A DNA stretch of 64,000 nucleotides, taken from assembly GCF_009914755.1 (NCBI RefSeq), contig NC_060929.1; one strand, written 5' to 3'. The notes below the pieces were generated by a model that was given only the letters and a program-made list of their open reading frames with translations, searched no databases and was not told where the DNA came from. This document shows, piece by piece, positions 39,141 to 63,401 of the stretch (positions are counted from its first letter, which is position 1; each line of letters opens with the position of its first letter). The translations under genes and the position numbers were made by a program. This DNA comes from the human T2T-CHM13v2.0 reference genome, Homo sapiens.

Positions 39141-41441
39141 TATATAAAAAAGGCTTAGTACCAGTATATTATTTCCAACTGGACCTATAGACATTAGAAA
39201 AAGCCATTCTGAAATCTGCCAGTCCTGCCAGTCTAAGCCTGGAAGATGCCACTTCTTTACTTACATTTTCTCTGATCTCTTTTCCCAAGTGTCTTGGGAT
39301 CTGGAATTGTGACTTATTCGTCTTTGTGTGTCTTGTTGAGCTTTGTACATAGGTGTTTACTAAGTTTGTGTGTAGTTGAATTATGGGCTTAAATGGATTT
39401 ATTTTAGTGTCTGTCTCTGCAAGATAAAATTTTTAAGCTGGTCTTAAAGTCGTCTTGCTTTTTTACACCCTTGTTCTTATTTTCATGTTTAGAAGCTTTT
39501 CTGTGGTCTGGAATTCTTGCCTGTTTCTAAGTTTATTTATTAAGATCAGTTGGATTTGGTCCTTATTGTCTATGAACGAAAGTATTAATGTGTATTTATA
39601 TAGATTTATTTTTCCAGTGGGTTTGCATATGTTATTTTATTTGGTCATGTAAATTTTTCAAGATAGAAGAAAGTAAATAGGGGTTTGTTAAAGTCTTTAC
39701 TCATTGTACCATCAATTAATGAAACTTTAAAATTTGTGTTTCTCAATGGCCTTGTTATTTAAAAGTTTTTTTAAGGTCATCATTATTGCTTCAGCCTAGT
39801 TTATAATGGATCATACAGTGTATGTATAGCTCTGTTATCTTTAAGATATGACATCTTAGCATATTTCATAGAGTTGTAATAGCATAATTTTTTTTGGTTA
39901 TATAGATGAGAGGTTTCTGTGTTGGCCAGGCTGGCCTTGAACGCCCAGCCTCGCCTCCTTATGCACCAGGACAACAGGCCTGAGCCACCACGGCTCCTAG
40001 CATAATTTTTTTAAACAGATCTCTTGGTGGATATTAACTTTTGTCATTTTAAAAAAAAAATGCTTTAACAGCTTGGGCAACGTGGTTATATTCCATCTCT
40101 ACAAAAAATACAGAAATTTTCCAGGCATGTTGGTGAGCATTGGAACACTGAGATGGGAGGATGGGTTGAGCTCAGGAGGCGAAGATTGCAGTGAGTGAAG
40201 ATTGCACCATTGCACTCCAGCCTGGGAGGCAGAGTGAGAACCTGTCTCAAAAAAAACACACAAAAAACCAACCAAACAAAAACCTGCTTTAAATATCTTA
40301 CCCTAGAATTAGGAATTATAGGAAATTACTTTGAATTATTTTTGGGGCTTAAAATACTGGGAGCTGAATTACTAGTTACTCATTTTGATGGTGTATTATA
40401 GAGTAGGTGTTACTTTCCCAATTTTGTGGCTTAGGAAACTGAGACCAAATTAACAGACTTTTTGAAGGTGACACAGTTTGTGATGGAGTCAGAAGAGAGG
40501 ATTTATTACTACTTTCTCTGGTTCTGTGGTTCTGGCTATTGTCTTTACCTGATACCACTGACATTCTTTCTCCTCTGTCTATTGAATGCATGTATTTTAT
40601 GATTATACTTCCAAAAATACAATGTAATCTTTTTGTAGTAGTTCTCTGAGGAGAAGACAGAACCAACAACATGTGCTAGATTGGTTATAGTTAAATTTGT
40701 CATAAAGCATATAATAATAATGAGGTTTTGTTGTTATTGGATAACAGGAGAGTGGTTTAAGAATTTAGGCTCCGGAGTTGTATCTCCCCAGGTTTGAATC
40801 CTTGGTTCTGTCACTTAATAACTATGTAACCACAGGCATGTAGTAAAATAATGGGTAATAATGTGTTTACTTGAAGAACAGTGCCTTGCATGTAGCAAAC
40901 ATCATGTTACTTAATGTATTTGAAGTCATTTAGGACTTGAATAAATAAGCAAGTTCCATATTTAGCAGTGCCAAATAAATCATATTTAAATAATCAAAAA
41001 TCAAATTATATAATAAATTTATTGGAACCTACTCAGATTGCAGTTTTCAGTACAGATAAAATATTTGTCTTTCCCATCGATTCTTGGTATCTCTTAAAGT
41101 TTCAAAGTCAATTAACTTTGAAGTCGTATTCTTTTTGAGAATTTACTTGATAACCATCAATATGGTCCCTTAGATTTTTTTAAAGACAGATCTCACTCTG
41201 TAGCACAGGCTGGAGTGCAGTGGGCATGAACATGGTCCACTGTAGCCTCGAATTCTTGGGCTCAAGCAGTCCTCCTACCTGTCTCCCAAGCAGCTGGGAG
41301 TACAGGCATGCACCACCATGCCCAGCTAATTTTTTAAATTTTTTGTAGAGACTGGGTCTGACATGTTGTCCAGGCTGATCTCAGACTCCTAGGCTGGAGT
41401 GATCCTGTCACCTCAGCCTCCCAAAGTGCTGGAATTTATAG

Positions 41442-41708
<267 letters not shown>

Positions 41709-41828
41709 TGATCTCAAACTCCTGGCCTCAAGTTATCTGCCTACCTCGGCCTCCCAGAGTACTGGGATTACAGATGTGAGCCACTGTGCCTGGCCCCTTA
41801 GAGCTTTTTAAAAGAAAGTAAGATGTAG

Positions 41829-42109
<281 letters not shown>

Positions 42110-43089
42110 TGATCTGCCCGCCTCGGCCTCCCAAAGTGCTGGGATTACAGGCATGAGCCACTGCACCCAGCCTTTTTTTTTTTTTTCTTTTTTTTTTTTG
42201 AAGAGTCTCTCTGTCGCCGAGGCTAAAGTACGGTGGCTCTTGGCTCGCTGCAACCTCCGCCTCCAGGGTTCAAGCGATTCTCCTGTCTCAGCCTCCCAAG
42301 TAACTGGGTAGGATTACAGGTGCCCGCTAACACCCCCGGCTAATTTTTGTATTTTTAGTAGAACAAGGTTTCACCATGTTGGCCAGGCCGGTCACGAACT
42401 CCTGACCTCAGGTGATCCACCTGCCTCGGCCTCCCAAAGTGCTGGGATTACAGGCATGAGCCACTGTGCCCAGCCAATCCCAGTATTTTTAATGAGATTT
42501 AACTTCTGTGAGTATTTAGAAGAATTCTTTGCTGTTTTCTCTGGGGCTTATGTCTGAAAGTAAAGTGTTAGCTGGGACTACAGGCATGTGCCACCACTCC
42601 TGGCTATTACTATTGTTAATACGCTAATAGAAATATTGGTTTGAAAAGCATGTAGAATATCACATGCAGAAGGGTCTGAAGTCTCTTGATATTATTAAAA
42701 ATTCTTCCTATAATTTTTTCTCCATTTTTTTTTTCCCTTTGTGTTTTGATCCAAGGACTAGATCAAGGGTGTCTTTTCCTTCGGATGATTTTCTTTATTG
42801 TGTGTGTTTTTAGTTCTTTAAAAATAAAGCCAGCTTAATTTTATTTTCAAAATACGGATAGATTCATTATATAAAACAATTATAAGTTGAGAACTATGTA
42901 TAAAGGGCTATGTTATGAACAATTAAGATGGAATAATTTAGTTGTACTTATTTTGTAATTCTTTTTAGGCTAGAGTGTTTTCATTCTCAATTTTTCATAC
43001 ATTGCTTTTTCAGAAGGCTAATAGGAATGACAATAATGTTTCAAAATATTTTGATTCTTATTGATGCCCCATGTTTTGTCTGTCTAAAG

Positions 43090-43225
43090 TGTCAACCTAA
43101 GAAAAAGTCTACGCCACTGAAGTATGAAGTTGGAGATCTCATCTGGGCAAAATTCAAGAGACGCCCATGGTGGCCCTGCAGGATTTGTTCTGATCCGTTG
43201 ATTAACACACATTCAAAAATGAAAG
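43090..43225 (+). CDS. NSD1: NSD1 coding exon 3, N-terminal half of PWWP1 domain
   Basis: Acceptor ...ttttgtctgtctaaAG|TGT, donor AAAG|GTaata. Encodes CQPKKKSTPLKYEVGDLIWAKFKRRPWWPCRICSDPLINTHSKMK with the literal PWWP motif. Starts phase 0, ends phase 1. Confidence 0.96.
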
Positions 43226-43473
43226 GTAATACTTGCAGTGATTATACATGTTAAAGGCAGTTGCCTTTAGAATAACTCAATTTTTGTTATCTTAATAATA
43301 ATATATTTTTTTCCTTGGAACATTTTGTGAATGAATTGGTGTTACATATTTTATCTTTTGGGGCTTTTAAAAGTTCGTTTTACTCTATGATTTAAACCTT
43401 CTCTCAGTTTTTTTTTTTTGTTTGTTTGTTTTTGAGACGGAGTCTCGCTCTTGTTGCCCAGGCTGGACTGTAG

Positions 43474-43968
<495 letters not shown>

Positions 43969-44319
43969 TGAGGTGATCCGCCCGCCTTAGACTCCCAAAG
44001 TATGGGGATTACAGGCGTGAGCCACTGTGCCCGGCTGATTTAAACATTCTCAATTATTCTGTTGATGCCAGGAAGGTGTTAGGCCATTTTTCTAATGTTT
44101 ACATTGTCCGGAATCACCTTTTAGTATATTTACGTATTTCTACTTTAATCAGGTTTGTATCATTTTTTATAATATAAAAGCTGAAACAATTGTAAATGTT
44201 TATTAATAATTTTGAAGTTTAAAATTTTAATTTGGAGTATTTCCTTTAAATGCTATTGTTTGTTTTTCAGTTGATTGTTGTGTTTGAATCTTAGGTACCT
44301 TAGTTTTAAATTACTCTAA

Positions 44320-44584
<265 letters not shown>

Positions 44585-44921
44585 TGATCTGCCTGCCTCG
44601 GCCTTACAAAATGCTGGGATTACAAGCGTGAGCCACCGTGCCGGGCCAATTTTTGTATTTTTAGTAGAGATGGGGTTTCACCATGTTGGCCAGGCTGGTC
44701 TTGAACTCCTGACCTCAGGTGATCCTCCTTCCTCAGCCTCCCAAAGTGTTGGGATTACAGGTGTGAGCCACTGCACCTGGCCTGAAACTTGATTTGAGCT
44801 GTCCTTTTTTCTGTTAGGATGGTAGTGATTTTATTTTAGTTTTAATATATGTATTTTAGTTTCTGAAAGTCAGATGTTGGTGAGATTCAGAAAAATCAGC
44901 TTACTCTCTGCTTTGCTGTGA

Positions 44922-45346
<425 letters not shown>

Positions 45347-45785
45347 TAAATACATACTTCTTAGTCATCTTCCACGTCTTTCCTTTATCACAAACAGAAC
45401 ATTGTATATTTTGCAGCTTGCCTTTTCCACTTTGTGGAGATTTTTTTCATATTTTTATTATTTATGTATTTGTTTATTTTTCTGAGACAGGATCTCATTC
45501 TGTTGCCTAGGCTGGAGTGTAATGGCATAACAACGCCTCACTGAAGCCTTGATCTCCAGGGCTCAAACAGTCATCCAACCTCAGCATCCTGAATAGCTGG
45601 AATAGCTGGAATAGCTGGGAGCACAGACGTGTGCCACCACACATGGCTTTTTTTTTTTTTTTTTGGGTGGAGATAGTGTCTCCATATATTACCCAGGCTG
45701 GTCTTGAAATCCTGAGCTTAATAAGGGATCCTCCCACCTTGGCCTTCCGGAGTGCTGGAATTACATGTGTGAGTCACCATGCCTC

Positions 45786-45816
<31 letters not shown>

Positions 45817-45896
45817 TGATTTCTCCAAAGTAGAATTCCTGGATTTGATTTTATATTTTGAATAATGAGGTGCCCAAAAACCTTTATAAATTTTAG

Positions 45897-46061
<165 letters not shown>

Positions 46062-47009
46062 TAGCACAGTACTAGGTTTTGTGTCTGGGCGCAGTGGCTC
46101 ACACCTGTAATTCCAGCACTTTGGGAGGCTAAGGCGGGCAGATCACCTGAGGTCAGGAGTTCGAGACCAGTCTGGCTGACATGGTGAAACCCTGTGTTTA
46201 CTAAAAATACAAAAATTAGCCAGGTGTGTTGGCATGCTCCTACAATCCCAGCTACTGGGGAGGCTGAGGCAGAAGAATTGCTTGAGCCCGGGATGTGGAG
46301 GTTGCCGTGATCCAAGATCACACTACTGCACTACAGCCTGGGTGACAGAGCGAGACTCTGTCTCAAAAGAAGAAAATAACTTAGTGTGTTAAAAATTTAA
46401 TACCTTGACCAGACACGGTAGCTCATGCCTATAATCCCAGCACTTTGGGAGTCCGAGGTGGGAGGATCACTTGAGCCTAGGAGTTTGAGACCAGCCTTGG
46501 CAATACAATGAGACACTTTCTCTTTAATTCAAAAAAAATGTTGATACCTTATCCTTTGTGACCTGTCTGGATATTTAAATTCTACTACTAGAAAACTCTG
46601 AGTCCTTCTTTTCTAACCTCCCTGTCCCTATGACTGCTGGTTTCTTACTCATTAGGGTGTCTCTCTCTCTCTCTCTCCTCGTCTCTCTTTTGATTGAGGG
46701 TCTCGTTCTATTGCCCAGGCTAGAATGCAGTGGCGTGATCATGACTCATTGCAGCCATAGCTTCCCAGGGTCAAGCGATCTTCCCTCCTGTGCCTTCCAA
46801 GCAGCTGGGGCTACAGGCATTCGCCACTATGCCTGGCTTAGTTTTTAATTTTTTTGTAGAGACAGGGTTTTGCCTTGTTGCCCAGGCTGGTCTGAAACTC
46901 CTGGGCTCAAGCGATCTGCCCGCCTCGGCCTCCCAAAGTACTTGGGATTACTGACAGGAGCTACCGCACTCAGCCTATTTATAGTGTTTCTTATGCATAC
47001 TAGTTGAGT

Positions 47010-49190
<2,181 letters not shown>

Positions 49191-49544
49191 ATTTTTTGTT
49201 GTTATTTTTTATTTTAATATTAGTCTTATTTTTGAGAAAGAGTCTTGCTCTGTCACTCAGGCTGGAGTGCAGTGGCACAATTACAGCTCACTGCAACTTC
49301 CATCTCCCAGGCTCCAGTGCTCCAGGGCTCCAGCACTCCTTCCACCTCAGCCTCCTCAGTAGCTGGGACTACAGGTGTGCACCACAACACTTGGCTAATT
49401 TTTATATTTTTTGTAGAGACAAGATCTCCCTATGTTGCATGAACTGGTCTTGAACTCCTGGCCTTAAGTGATCCTCCCGCCTTGGCCTCCCAACGTGCTG
49501 AGATTACAGGTGTGAGCCACTGTGCCTGGCCAATTTATTTTTGA

Positions 49545-49900
49545 CTCTAGAGACAGGGAAGTTTCAAGATGAAGGTGCTAGCCAATTCGGATCCCAAGTG
49601 AGGGCTGTCTTCCTGACTTGTAGATAACCACCTTGTTGCTGTGTCGTCATTTGGCAGAGAGCGAAAGTACTCACTGTGGCATCTTCTTTTAAGGAGACTA
49701 GTTGCATCATGAGGTCACCTCCATCATGAGGGACCTATTACTAATCTAGTAATAGTATTTAGTATTCTTAGTATATTTAGTGTATAAAATTAGTAAATCT
49801 ACTTACTCCAAAGGCCTCACCTGTAAACACCAACATATGGGGGGGTCAAGGCTTCAGAATAATGCATTTCAGGAGGACACAAACATTTAGTCTGTAATAG
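49545..49900 (-). mobile_element. MLT1A-like MaLR LTR fragment with internal AT-rich insert
   Basis: caagatgaaggtgctagc...tgagggctgtcttcctgacttgtaga...ccaaaggcctcacct...ggacacaaacatttagtc. Confidence 0.75.
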
Positions 49901-50202
49901 CCCTTTTTCATCCTTCTTGAATGACAGTCTTACTAACTCTGAGTTTTAAATTGTCGTCAGTAAGCTGAATTCATATCCTTAGTGATAGTCTTTATCCAGG
50001 CTTTAGATTTGTATACTCAACTCCATACTTGAAGTTTTCACCAAGATGTCAATTTGAAAATATATTCATCACCCTAACATGGAACCCCATACTCTTTAGC
50101 TTCCTCTGTCTCCATCTTTCCACACCCATACGTGTTTGCCTTAAGCAACCACTAATGTACTTTCTGTTTCTGTGGATTTGCATATTCTAGACATTTCATA
50201 TG

Positions 50203-51148
<946 letters not shown>

Positions 51149-51329
51149 GATTTGTTTATAATTTTTCCACAAATCTGTTGTGCTCCTCAACTTACAATGG
51201 GGATACGTTTCCACTAGGAATGCATTGGTTCTGATTTTTCCCATATCCCCATCATTGGTTATTTGACTTTTAAAAAATAGACAAAACATAAATTTAATGT
51301 TTTTTTTTTGTTTTGTTTTGTTGAGATAG

Positions 51330-51533
<204 letters not shown>

Positions 51534-52395
51534 TGAACTCCTGACCTTAAGTGATCCTCCCGCCTCGGCCTCCCAAGGTGCTGTCCTGCCTCAGCCTCCC
51601 AAGGTGCTGGGACTACAGGCCTGAGTCACCTTTCCTCGCCTAATGTTTTCATTGTTTCAAGTAGGCAGTTCAGTAGCATTAAGTATATTAACATTGTTGT
51701 GTAGCCATTACCACTATTCATCTCCAGACTCTTTCATCTCCCAAACTGAAACTCTGTACCCATTTACCAACATCACCATAGCCCTTGGTAACCACTGTTC
51801 TGTGTTTTTTTTCCTTATAAATTTGACTATTTTAGATACCACATATAACTAGAATCAGACATTTGTCCTATTGACCCCTTACTTCATTTATCATAATGTC
51901 TTCTAAGTTCATCAATGCTATAGTATGTTTCTGAATTTCTTTCTCTCTCTCTCAATTTTTTTAAAGGCTACATAATACGTCATTGTATTGTAAGTACCAC
52001 ATTTTGTTTTTCCATTCATCCATCAGAGAACATTTGGGTTGTTTTCCTTTTGGCCATTCTGAACAGTGTTTCTATAAACATTGTATAGTATCTGGTGTTT
52101 TTGTATTTTTTTTTTTTTGGATGGAGTTTCACTCTTGTTGCTCAGGCTGGAGTGCAATGAGGCGTGATCTTGGCTCACTGCAACTTCTGTCTCCTGGGTT
52201 CAAGTGATTCTCTTGCCTCAGTTGGGATTACAGGTGCATACCACCACACCTGGCATTAATTTTTGTATTTTTAGTAGAGACTGGGTTTCGCCATGTTGGC
52301 CAGGCTGGTCTCAAACTCCTGACCTCTGGTGATCTGCCTGCCTCCACCTCCCAAAGTGCTGGGATTATAGGTGTGAGCCACTGTGTCCAACCTAA

Positions 52396-52677
<282 letters not shown>

Positions 52678-53177
52678 TAGAACTACTTGTAGTTTTGTTT
52701 AGTTTTATTCATTCATGCCTTTGAGGGTTCTGTGCCCTCATACTATAATTCTATCTTTAACTGTTTACTTTTTTTTTTTTTTTTGAGATGGTGTCTCACT
52801 CTTGTCCAGGCTAGAGTGCAGTGGTGGGATCTCAGCTCACTGCAACCCCCGCCTCCTGAGTTCAAGCGATTCTCATGCCTCAGCCTCTCAAGTAGCTTGG
52901 ATTACAGGCAAGTTGCACCACGCCCGGCTACTTTTTGTATTTTTAGTAGAGACAGGGCTTTACCATGTTGGCCAGGTTGGTCTTGAACTCCTGACCTCAG
53001 GTGATCCGCCTGCCTCAGCCTCCCAAAGGGCTGGGATTACAGGCATGAGCCATCCCACCTGGCCAAACTGTTTAACTTTAAAAGTTGTTCAGCCTGGCGC
53101 GGTGGCTCACGCCTGTAATCCCAGCACTTTGGGAGGCCGAGGCGGGCGGATCACCTGAGGTCGGCAGTTTGAGATCA

Positions 53178-53372
<195 letters not shown>

Positions 53373-55325
53373 TCAGAAAAAAAAAAAAAAGTTGTTCAAG
53401 TACTTCATTTGTCTCCTCCCACTTATAATTGAGTGGTTTTTTTTAAGAAATAAGTGTTTATTTTTGCAGTTGTCATGCCTTTTGTACTGTAATCATTTAT
53501 ATATGACTTATCTGTCAGACAGTGAGTTCTTTTTTCTCCTCACGTTGCTGGCACATCAGAAGTTCTTGATCTGTTAATGAAATTTATTTATTTATTTATT
53601 TCTAAGACAGGGGCTTGCTGTACTGCCAGGGTGGAGTGCAGTGGCGTGATAATGGCTCACTGTATTCTTGACCTTTGAGGATGAAGTGATCCTCCCTTCT
53701 CAGCCTCCCAAATAGATGGGACTACAGGCACATGCCACCATCCTCAGCCAATATTTTTATTTTTAGTAGAGATAGGGTCTTGCTATGTTTCCCAGGCTGG
53801 TCTCGAACTCCTGGGCTCAAGCAGTCCTCCCACTTCTGCCTCCCAAAGTATTGGGATTACAGGTGTGAGCCCCTACACCTGGCCAGTTCAATGTATTGAC
53901 TCATGGGAGAGTGATTTAATTCTCAAATTGACTTTAAGAACCTCTGTATAGGTACACACATGTGTATATTAACCAGTTCCAGTTCCTGTAGGTGATTTTT
54001 ATTGAAGGATTTAATTCAGTAGGTGGGAAATAAGGAGTTCATTTTTTTTTTCAGTTTGTTTTTAAAATGAACCAGACAACACAAAATTTAACTAAGTTTT
54101 AGTTTCATTATTAAGCTATGTTTTTTAATAGAAAAACTACCATGTGTACACTTTTGAAACCAGCATTTACAGAGAAGTTACCGTTGACAGTTCAGTTTAT
54201 AAATCCCTTCTCTCCTTTGTCTTTCTTTTTTCATTTTTCATTTTGCATTCTGAGGGAAGTAGGCATTCCATAATTCTTCCAAAGGTTATTTGGATTCTTT
54301 TCTGTGTTTTGAAATAAGACATGGTTGTTACAAGGGAACTAGATGTGAGTTAAAATGAATTTTCGTATAAAATGATTTTTATTTCCTTTTATTAAAAGTG
54401 ACAAATTGTTAAACATGTGTTGTCCTGACTTTCTTTTGTGACACTTTTTAGTGTAATAAAAGTTGCTAATAAAATTGTAAATGTGTGGAAGATAACATAT
54501 ACTAGATGAATTATAATCTTTTCTAGATGGGATTTGTATTTTCATATTTTTAATTGTATGTATAGAACTTTAGATAACCAAGAAATTATAGGCTAAACTG
54601 GATTTATTTTTGGTTTTATTACTGGTAGGCTTTCCTTTTTCTTTTAAAATTTCCCTAATTTGAAATATTGCATTTCACTTTCTTTGCAAAACCAGTGTTT
54701 GACCATGCGCTTGTTCTCTCTGAAGTTATTGAACTTACTATATCTAAAATACCAAAACCATACATTATTTTGGGGGTGTGGTTGTGGGGAGGAATCCATG
54801 CAAAGCACCTTGTGTGGTGCTCGTCTATGAGTAGCTACACTATAAATGTTAACAGATCATACATGTTGCTTTGCTGAAACATTTCTTCTTCTTTATATTA
54901 GCCTAGTGTTTTTCACGTTTTCTTGGGTTTTTTTTTGTATATATATTTTTGTTGCTGTGGGCTTACTATATACATCTTCTGTATTTTTGGAACAATGAAA
55001 TTATAGACTGATAGTGAAGGAAACTTACCTGTCTACTATCTTAATTTCTTCTTTGTAGTTAATCTACATTTAGCTGGTTTTGAAGCTATACCACGTCATC
55101 AGACTAGACTACTGATTCTTTCATAACCTCCTGTGTATTTTCTTGCCACACATATATAATACTTAAAATTTTCCTTGTGTATGATCTACTCTAGGTTGTC
55201 TAGTTCAGTGGGCATGTTAGTTGTTTCCAGACAGTCTTCTTTGGCGGCAATGATGTGGCTGTTCTCTTAATGATGAGAAGTAATTTCTTTGATCTAATGA
55301 TTCTGGTTCTCTTACCCTTACCTAG

Positions 55326-55498
55326 TTTCCAACCGGAGGCCCTATCGGCAGTACTACGTGGAGGCTTTTGGAGATCCTTCTGAGAGAGCCTGGGTGGCTG
55401 GAAAAGCAATCGTCATGTTTGAAGGCAGACATCAATTCGAAGAGCTACCTGTCCTTAGGAGAAGAGGGAAACAGAAAGAAAAAGGATATAGGCATAAG
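55326..55498 (+). CDS. NSD1: NSD1 coding exon 4, C-terminal half of PWWP1 domain plus basic stretch
   Basis: Acceptor ...ctcttacccttaccctAG|TT, donor CATAAG|GTagga. Encodes (V)SNRRPYRQYYVEAFGDPSERAWVAGKAIVMFEGRHQFEELPVLRRRGKQKEKGYRHK, in frame with exon 3. Starts phase 1, ends phase 0. Confidence 0.96.
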
Positions 55499-55576
55499 GT
55501 AGGAAACGAAAAAGGCTTTTTATTGAGTGACAGAAGCAAGTAAGAAAAAGAAAGAAAATGGCCTCTTATTTATTTT

Positions 55577-60200
<4,624 letters not shown>

Positions 60201-60451
60201 AAGTATTCTTTAATTTAGAAATGTAATGTTACCAGTTTTAGTCTATATTCTGCTTTGTGCTTATAAATGCAGGGAGGGTGGAGTGTTTGTGAGATCAGTC
60301 CTTACTCTAATGACATAATCTTATTAGCAGAAGTATTTTTGAGGAAGCTCCATTAGGGTGATTCAGATGCTGCTTGAGCTCAGGTGCTAACTACCTGGCT
60401 GGTTCCATAAAAGCAGGAGGCCTGACAGGTTTGTAAAAGCTTCTGATTTCA

Positions 60452-60775
<324 letters not shown>

Positions 60776-60841
60776 TCATCTCCCTTTTCCCCCACCCATT
60801 TCTTTGATAAGTGATAATTCTTTTTCTCCTTTAAATTTAAG

Positions 60842-63401
60842 GTTCCTCAGAAAATTTTGAGTAAATGGGAAGCCAGTGTTGGACTTGCAGAACAGTATGA
60901 TGTTCCCAAGGGGTCAAAGAACCGAAAATGTATTCCTGGTTCAATCAAGTTGGACAGTGAAGAAGATATGCCATTTGAAGACTGCACAAATGATCCTGAG
61001 TCAGAACATGACCTGTTGCTTAATGGCTGTTTGAAATCACTGGCTTTTGATTCTGAACATTCTGCAGATGAGAAGGAAAAGCCTTGCGCTAAATCTCGAG
61101 CCAGAAAGAGCTCTGATAATCCAAAAAGGACTAGTGTGAAAAAGGGCCACATACAATTTGAAGCACATAAAGATGAACGGAGGGGAAAGATTCCAGAGAA
61201 CCTTGGCCTAAACTTTATCTCTGGGGATATATCTGATACGCAGGCCTCTAATGAACTTTCCAGGATAGCAAATAGCCTCACAGGGTCCAACACTGCCCCA
61301 GGAAGTTTTCTGTTTTCTTCCTGTGGAAAAAACACTGCAAAGAAAGAATTTGAGACTTCAAATGGTGACTCTTTATTGGGCTTGCCTGAGGGTGCTTTGA
61401 TCTCAAAGTGTTCTCGAGAGAAGAATAAACCCCAACGAAGCCTGGTGTGTGGTTCAAAAGTGAAGCTCTGCTATATTGGAGCAGGTGATGAGGAAAAGCG
61501 AAGTGATTCCATTAGTATCTGTACCACTTCTGATGATGGAAGCAGTGACCTGGATCCCATAGAACACAGCTCAGAGTCTGATAACAGTGTCCTTGAAATT
61601 CCAGATGCTTTCGATAGAACAGAGAACATGTTATCTATGCAGAAAAATGAAAAGATAAAGTATTCTAGGTTTGCTGCCACAAACACTAGGGTAAAAGCAA
61701 AACAGAAGCCTCTCATTAGTAACTCACATACAGACCACTTAATGGGTTGTACTAAGAGTGCAGAGCCTGGAACCGAGACGTCTCAGGTTAATCTCTCTGA
61801 TCTGAAGGCATCTACTCTTGTTCACAAACCCCAGTCAGATTTTACAAATGATGCTCTCTCTCCAAAATTCAACCTGTCATCAAGCATATCCAGTGAGAAC
61901 TCGTTAATAAAGGGTGGGGCAGCAAATCAAGCTCTATTACATTCGAAAAGCAAACAGCCCAAGTTCCGAAGTATAAAGTGCAAACACAAAGAAAATCCAG
62001 TTATGGCAGAACCCCCAGTTATAAATGAGGAGTGCAGTTTGAAATGCTGCTCTTCTGATACCAAAGGCTCTCCTTTGGCCAGCATTTCTAAAAGTGGGAA
62101 AGTGGATGGTCTAAAACTACTGAACAATATGCATGAGAAAACCAGGGATTCAAGTGACATAGAAACAGCAGTGGTGAAACATGTTTTATCCGAGTTGAAG
62201 GAACTCTCTTACAGATCCTTAGGTGAGGATGTCAGTGACTCTGGAACATCAAAGCCATCAAAACCATTACTTTTCTCTTCTGCTTCTAGTCAGAATCACA
62301 TACCTATTGAACCAGACTACAAATTCAGTACATTGCTAATGATGTTGAAAGATATGCATGATAGTAAGACGAAGGAGCAGCGGTTGATGACTGCTCAAAA
62401 CCTGGTCTCTTACCGGAGTCCTGGTCGTGGGGACTGTTCTACTAATAGTCCTGTAGGAGTCTCTAAGGTTTTGGTTTCAGGAGGCTCCACACACAATTCA
62501 GAGAAAAAGGGAGATGGCACTCAGAACTCCGCCAATCCTAGCCCTAGTGGGGGTGACTCTGCATTATCTGGCGAGTTGTCTGCTTCCCTACCTGGCTTAC
62601 TGTCCGACAAGAGAGACCTCCCTGCTTCTGGTAAAAGTCGTTCAGACTGTGTTACTAGGCGCAACTGTGGACGATCAAAGCCTTCATCCAAATTGCGAGA
62701 TGCTTTTTCAGCCCAAATGGTAAAGAACACAGTGAACCGTAAAGCCTTAAAGACCGAGCGCAAAAGAAAACTGAATCAGCTTCCAAGTGTGACTCTTGAT
62801 GCTGTACTGCAGGGAGACCGAGAACGTGGAGGTTCATTGAGAGGTGGGGCAGAAGATCCTAGTAAAGAGGATCCCCTTCAGATAATGGGCCACTTAACAA
62901 GTGAAGATGGTGACCATTTTTCTGATGTGCATTTCGATAGCAAGGTTAAGCAATCTGATCCTGGTAAAATTTCTGAAAAAGGACTCTCTTTTGAAAACGG
63001 AAAAGGCCCAGAGCTGGACTCTGTAATGAACAGTGAGAATGATGAACTCAATGGTGTAAATCAAGTGGTGCCTAAAAAGCGGTGGCAGCGTTTAAACCAA
63101 AGGCGCACTAAACCTCGTAAGCGCATGAACAGATTTAAAGAGAAAGAAAACTCTGAGTGTGCCTTTAGGGTCTTACTTCCTAGTGACCCTGTGCAGGAGG
63201 GGCGGGATGAGTTTCCAGAGCATAGAACTCCTTCAGCAAGCATACTTGAGGAACCACTGACAGAGCAAAATCATGCTGACTGCTTAGATTCAGCTGGGCC
63301 ACGGTTAAATGTTTGTGATAAATCCAGTGCCAGCATTGGTGACATGGAAAAGGAGCCAGGAATTCCCAGTTTGACACCACAGGCTGAGCTCCCTGAACCA
63401 G
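60842..63401 (+). CDS. NSD1: NSD1 coding exon 5 (2560 nt): long Ser/Lys-rich, probably disordered region with nuclear-receptor interaction motif
   Basis: Matches the 852-aa ORF in the track. Acceptor ...tttttctcctttaaatttaAG|GTT, donor CCAG|GTaagg. Contains FSTLL (62324-62338) and the basic clusters RKALKTERKRK and PKKRWQRLNQRRTKPRKR. Starts phase 0, ends phase 1. Confidence 0.97.

Noticed and set aside
61087-61783. Possible coding variants in exon 5 (remembered polymorphic sites V614L and S726P)
   Set aside because: The codons read GTG (61445) and TCT (61781), the remembered reference alleles. The frame is intact with no truncating change.
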